From: Octopus sinensis
Lineage: Eukaryota
Length of the DNA stretch: 64,000 bases
Direction: 5' to 3'
NCBI RefSeq assembly: GCF_006345805.1
Contig: NC_043010.1
Location: forward strand, 9,672,001 to 9,736,000
Shown: in pieces, positions 60,590-64,000 of the stretch
How positions within the stretch are numbered: the first letter of the stretch is position 1
Layout of the letters: every line of letters begins with the position of its first letter
Position numbers and translations under genes: made by a program
Notes under the pieces: generated by a model
What the model saw: the letters and a program-made list of their open reading frames with translations, nothing else
Databases searched by the model: none
What the model was told of the DNA's origin: nothing

Positions 60590-61502
60590 ATTATATAAAC
60601 TTTTACCGAATATGGTCCTTTTCCATACCGAAATACTACTTGGTGAAATTTGTTGATTTTATTAAATTAATTATATTTCACCCTTTATCTATATATATAT
60701 GTATATATATATATACATATATATAGAAAATAGTAAAAAGTGAAAAAACTACAGAAGGCTTGTTTTAAAAGGTTAAAGAATATATATTTGAGTCAATATG
60801 TCTGAAGAATATTATAAATTTTTTTCTTACAATGACATAGTTTAGAAGAAAGACCGGTTTCGCGTTTAGCTTTTCAAATTTCTTACGTTGTTATGTTTAT
60901 GTTTCTTATCTATATATATATATATATATAAGCAGAAAATGGAGAGTTTCAGGAATTAAAACAGAAGCTCAACAGAGGTACAAACCGAAAATACACACAC
61001 AACACATAGATGTACTGTTTCCTCATCAGTTATTGTCCCCAAAATCCTTACAATATATATATTTATATATAGAGCAATAAGAAAATGGAGGGGATCAAGC
61101 GGTGGTATTCATCAACTTTTAGACATTATATTATGTCAATTTATTTATTTATTTGCTAAGATGAAAATTACAACAATATACATACATGTATAACATATTA
61201 TGCTTTACATATATATAATATATAAAGATACCAGTAATTATTAAAATAAATAACATACAGGAATAGAAATTGGGAATTGGGATGTTATATATATGTCATT
61301 TTAGTGAAATAATTATTTTATACGTAAAGATGCAATTTATAAAGACTTCAAAGAGAGAAAAAGAGGTCAAGTGGGGGGGAGGGAAACGGAGAAAAGAAAA
61401 TGAAGTGACAGGAAAAGATGGAGAAAGAGATAATTAAAGGTACATTGATATCACAAAAACTGCAGCATCTTGATGTTCGTCCATCTCACTCTTATTAATA
61501 TA

Positions 61503-61899
61503 CTAGCAGTATCGCCCGGCGTTGCTCGGGTTTGTAAGGGAAATAACTATATAAGCATTTTTAGAGAGTTATAGCCAAAAAATAGCAAAAAAATGCATTA
61601 AAATGGAAAAAAAATTATGGTAAATTTTTTTTTAAATCGTTGACTTATCGTAGACATTTTTAGAGAGTTACTTCCCTTATATAATAGCGAAAAAATGCAT
61701 TAAAATGGAAAAAAAATGATGGTAAATTTTTTTAAAATCGTAGACTCATCGTAGACGTGTGCTAATACCCAGAAGGGCTCGATATGAATTACGACTATAA
61801 AATACCCGGTTTTGGTTAAACTGCACCGCAAAATGTGGGAGTAGTTAGGAATCTAGATCGTAGGAGACAGACACACAACTTCACTTTTATATATAAAGA
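61503..61899 (-). mobile_element. Non-autonomous Helitron
   Basis: Minus strand A|TCTTTATATATAAAAG ... cccgagcaacgccggg hairpin ... CTAG|T; internal duplication of about 120 bp. Confidence 0.88.
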
Positions 61900-62172
61900 T
61901 ATCTCCATAGGATTTACTCCTTCTTGTTCTTACAAGTCTAACTCTGCTTCTCACTTCTAAGGATCATCTTTTGCCTTTCTCTCTTTCCTCTTGCATGCAG
62001 ACACACACAGACACACACACAGACATATAGTTGTATGCACGTTTGCGTGTAGACTTGCAGCTTAGTGGTTCTGGTGTTGCACACGTGATCATAAGATTGT
62101 GATTTCAGTTCCTGGAACCAGGCAATGTATTGTGTTGCTAAGCAAAATACATAATTTCACATTGCTCCAGTC

Positions 62173-62575
62173 CATCATCATCATCATCATCATTGTTCGA
62201 CCGTGGTCGAGACAATGGAATTTACCATGCTACGCCAGACTTCACGGTCCATCATGGCATTACAGAGGTCCTGTTGCTGGATGCCTGTATCCCTGGAGAT
62301 TACATCAGGGTAGGAGAGTGTGTGCCTTCTGGTATTGCGAGTAGATGGCTTCCAGAGGAGGAGAGTAGAAATTACCTCTTTCTCAGCTCTACAACAATGT
62401 CCAGCAAACTGGACTCTCTTACCTTTCACAAGAGACGACACGGGTGGTAGTTTCCCATATATTTGCATTTTGGTTGGATGGCGCTTCCACGAGAGATTTT
62501 GAGCTCTCATAAGGAGGCGAGTGTAGGTTCCATCCAACCGCCTCTCAAGCTTCTTTGATAACGTCCACTCAGCTG
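62173..62575 (-). mobile_element. 5'-truncated RTE-LINE: ORF C-terminus plus (GAT)n tail
   Basis: WTLSKKLERRLDGTYTRLLMRAQNLSW..IYGKLPPVS..FAGHC.R..LLLWKP..YPD..DTG..MMDREVWR..* running directly into (tga)n. Confidence 0.9.
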
Positions 62576-63278
62576 GCAAAAGTGAGCAATCCTGTAATGG
62601 CCCAGTATACTATCCAGACGTGGGGAATATACATGCCACAGAATTGTATGAAACTGGGCTGAGGAGCATATGGCTTGGGGAAAGACATTTAATCCTTTTT
62701 TACACACAAACGCACATTTCTGCTATGTTTTAGCGATACACAAAAAGTTGGTAGGTAGGAGCTTACTATTGTGCTAACATATAAATAATCTAAAGTATAG
62801 GAAACTATTAAGTATGTATTTCCTTATTTAATAAATGAAACAGTTATCAAGACTTTACATTTAAAATATCTCATTTGTATTTTTCACATTTTCACATTTT
62901 TAAGTGTAGGTTCTTATTTTCATGGTGCAGTTATCTACATCTTGCTTCACATGAATATTCTGCTGTTCATTGTTTGAGAACCACTCCTCTAGATATTGTT
63001 TTCTTTCACATCATAATATTTTTCTCTCTTAAAGTAATATAATATCATTCTTTATTATACTATCCCAAGGCTATTATTATTACTGTTAACTGGACATCCC
63101 ACATGAAATATCAATGTTTATCACACCAGTTGTCACAATGCTCTGTCATTTTAGATGAAATACAACATTTTGGCATGCAATAGCTTCCATAAATTAAACT
63201 CCACTGCTGCTACTGCTACTACTACTACTACCACCACCACTACCACTAATAATAATGATCATAATATTGATAATAGTA

Positions 63279-63339
<61 letters not shown>

Positions 63340-63340
<1 letters not shown>

Positions 63341-63555
63341 CCTTTCTACTATAGGCATAAGGCCTGAAGTTTCGGGAGAGGGGACCAGTGAATTACATCG
63401 ACTCCAGTGCATAACTGGTACTTAATTTATTGACTTCTAAAGGATGAAAGGCAAAGTCAACCTCAGCGAAATTTGAACTCAGAACAAGAAGACAGACGAA
63501 ATGCCGCTAAGCATTTTGCCTGGCGTTCTAATGATTCTGCCAGCTCACCACCTTG
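63340..63555 (-). mobile_element. SINE family A (A2 tail)
   Basis: cctttctactataggcataaggcc through gccagctcaccacc. Confidence 0.85.
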
Positions 63556-63901
63556 ATGATGATGATGATGATGATGATCATAATAATAATAATAATAACA
63601 ATAACAATAATAGTGATGATGAACTCTCTCTTCCAAGATGGCATATAGGTATTCAGCATTTGTCAAACAGCCTGCAGAAATGATTTGTTTATAGTAATCA
63701 AATGTATGCACTGTACATTATATCACTCCCTTTATAAAATTGAAATTTTCTGAACAGTTGCATGGTATATCATGCATCAGGTGTCAAAGGGATTACAGAA
63801 CAGCATGAGATAAAGGGTTTTGCTCAAAAATGCAACACTAAGAGGAGAAATCATGATCTCACAATTGTGAGTGCAACACTCTAACCAATATATAATAGCA
63901 A

Positions 63902-64000
63902 TCATCATCATCATCATCGTTTAACGTCTGTTCTCCATGCTAGCATGGGTTGGATGGTTCGACTGGGGATCTGGGAAGCCAGAAGGCTGCACCAGGCTCC
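63902..64000 (-). mobile_element. RTE-LINE 3' UTR fragment, cut by the window edge
   Basis: (CAT)n then cgtttaacgtctgttctccatgctagcatggg. Confidence 0.85.

Overview
AT-rich, repeat-saturated eukaryotic non-coding DNA. The repeat families and microsatellite load suggest an octopus (coleoid cephalopod) genome; this is inference, not a database match. No intact protein-coding gene can be supported, and almost all long ORFs in the track are translations of microsatellites or SINEs. The window holds: (i) about 40 copies of three tRNA-headed SINE families, labelled here A, B and D; (ii) about 15 5'-truncated copies of an RTE-LINE 3' UTR, plus coding remnants of RTE and CR1-clade LINEs; (iii) mariner and Tc1-like transposase remnants, and Tc1-type, hAT-type and fold-back MITEs; (iv) four non-autonomous Helitron-like elements; (v) several small Penelope-like families, labelled P1-P4, carrying variant minimal hammerhead-ribozyme motifs; (vi) a 2.1-kb, 61-bp-unit satellite grown inside a SINE head. 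The most notable signals are: hammerhead-like cores with co-varying stems across several families; two SINE-LINE 3'-tail partnerships visible in the window; a tRNA-Glu/CR1-tail chimera; SINE-A inserting repeatedly into the same site of its own family; and a two-hairpin repeat-spacer array in the RTE 3' UTR. Family labels are mine, and coordinates of degraded copies are approximate.
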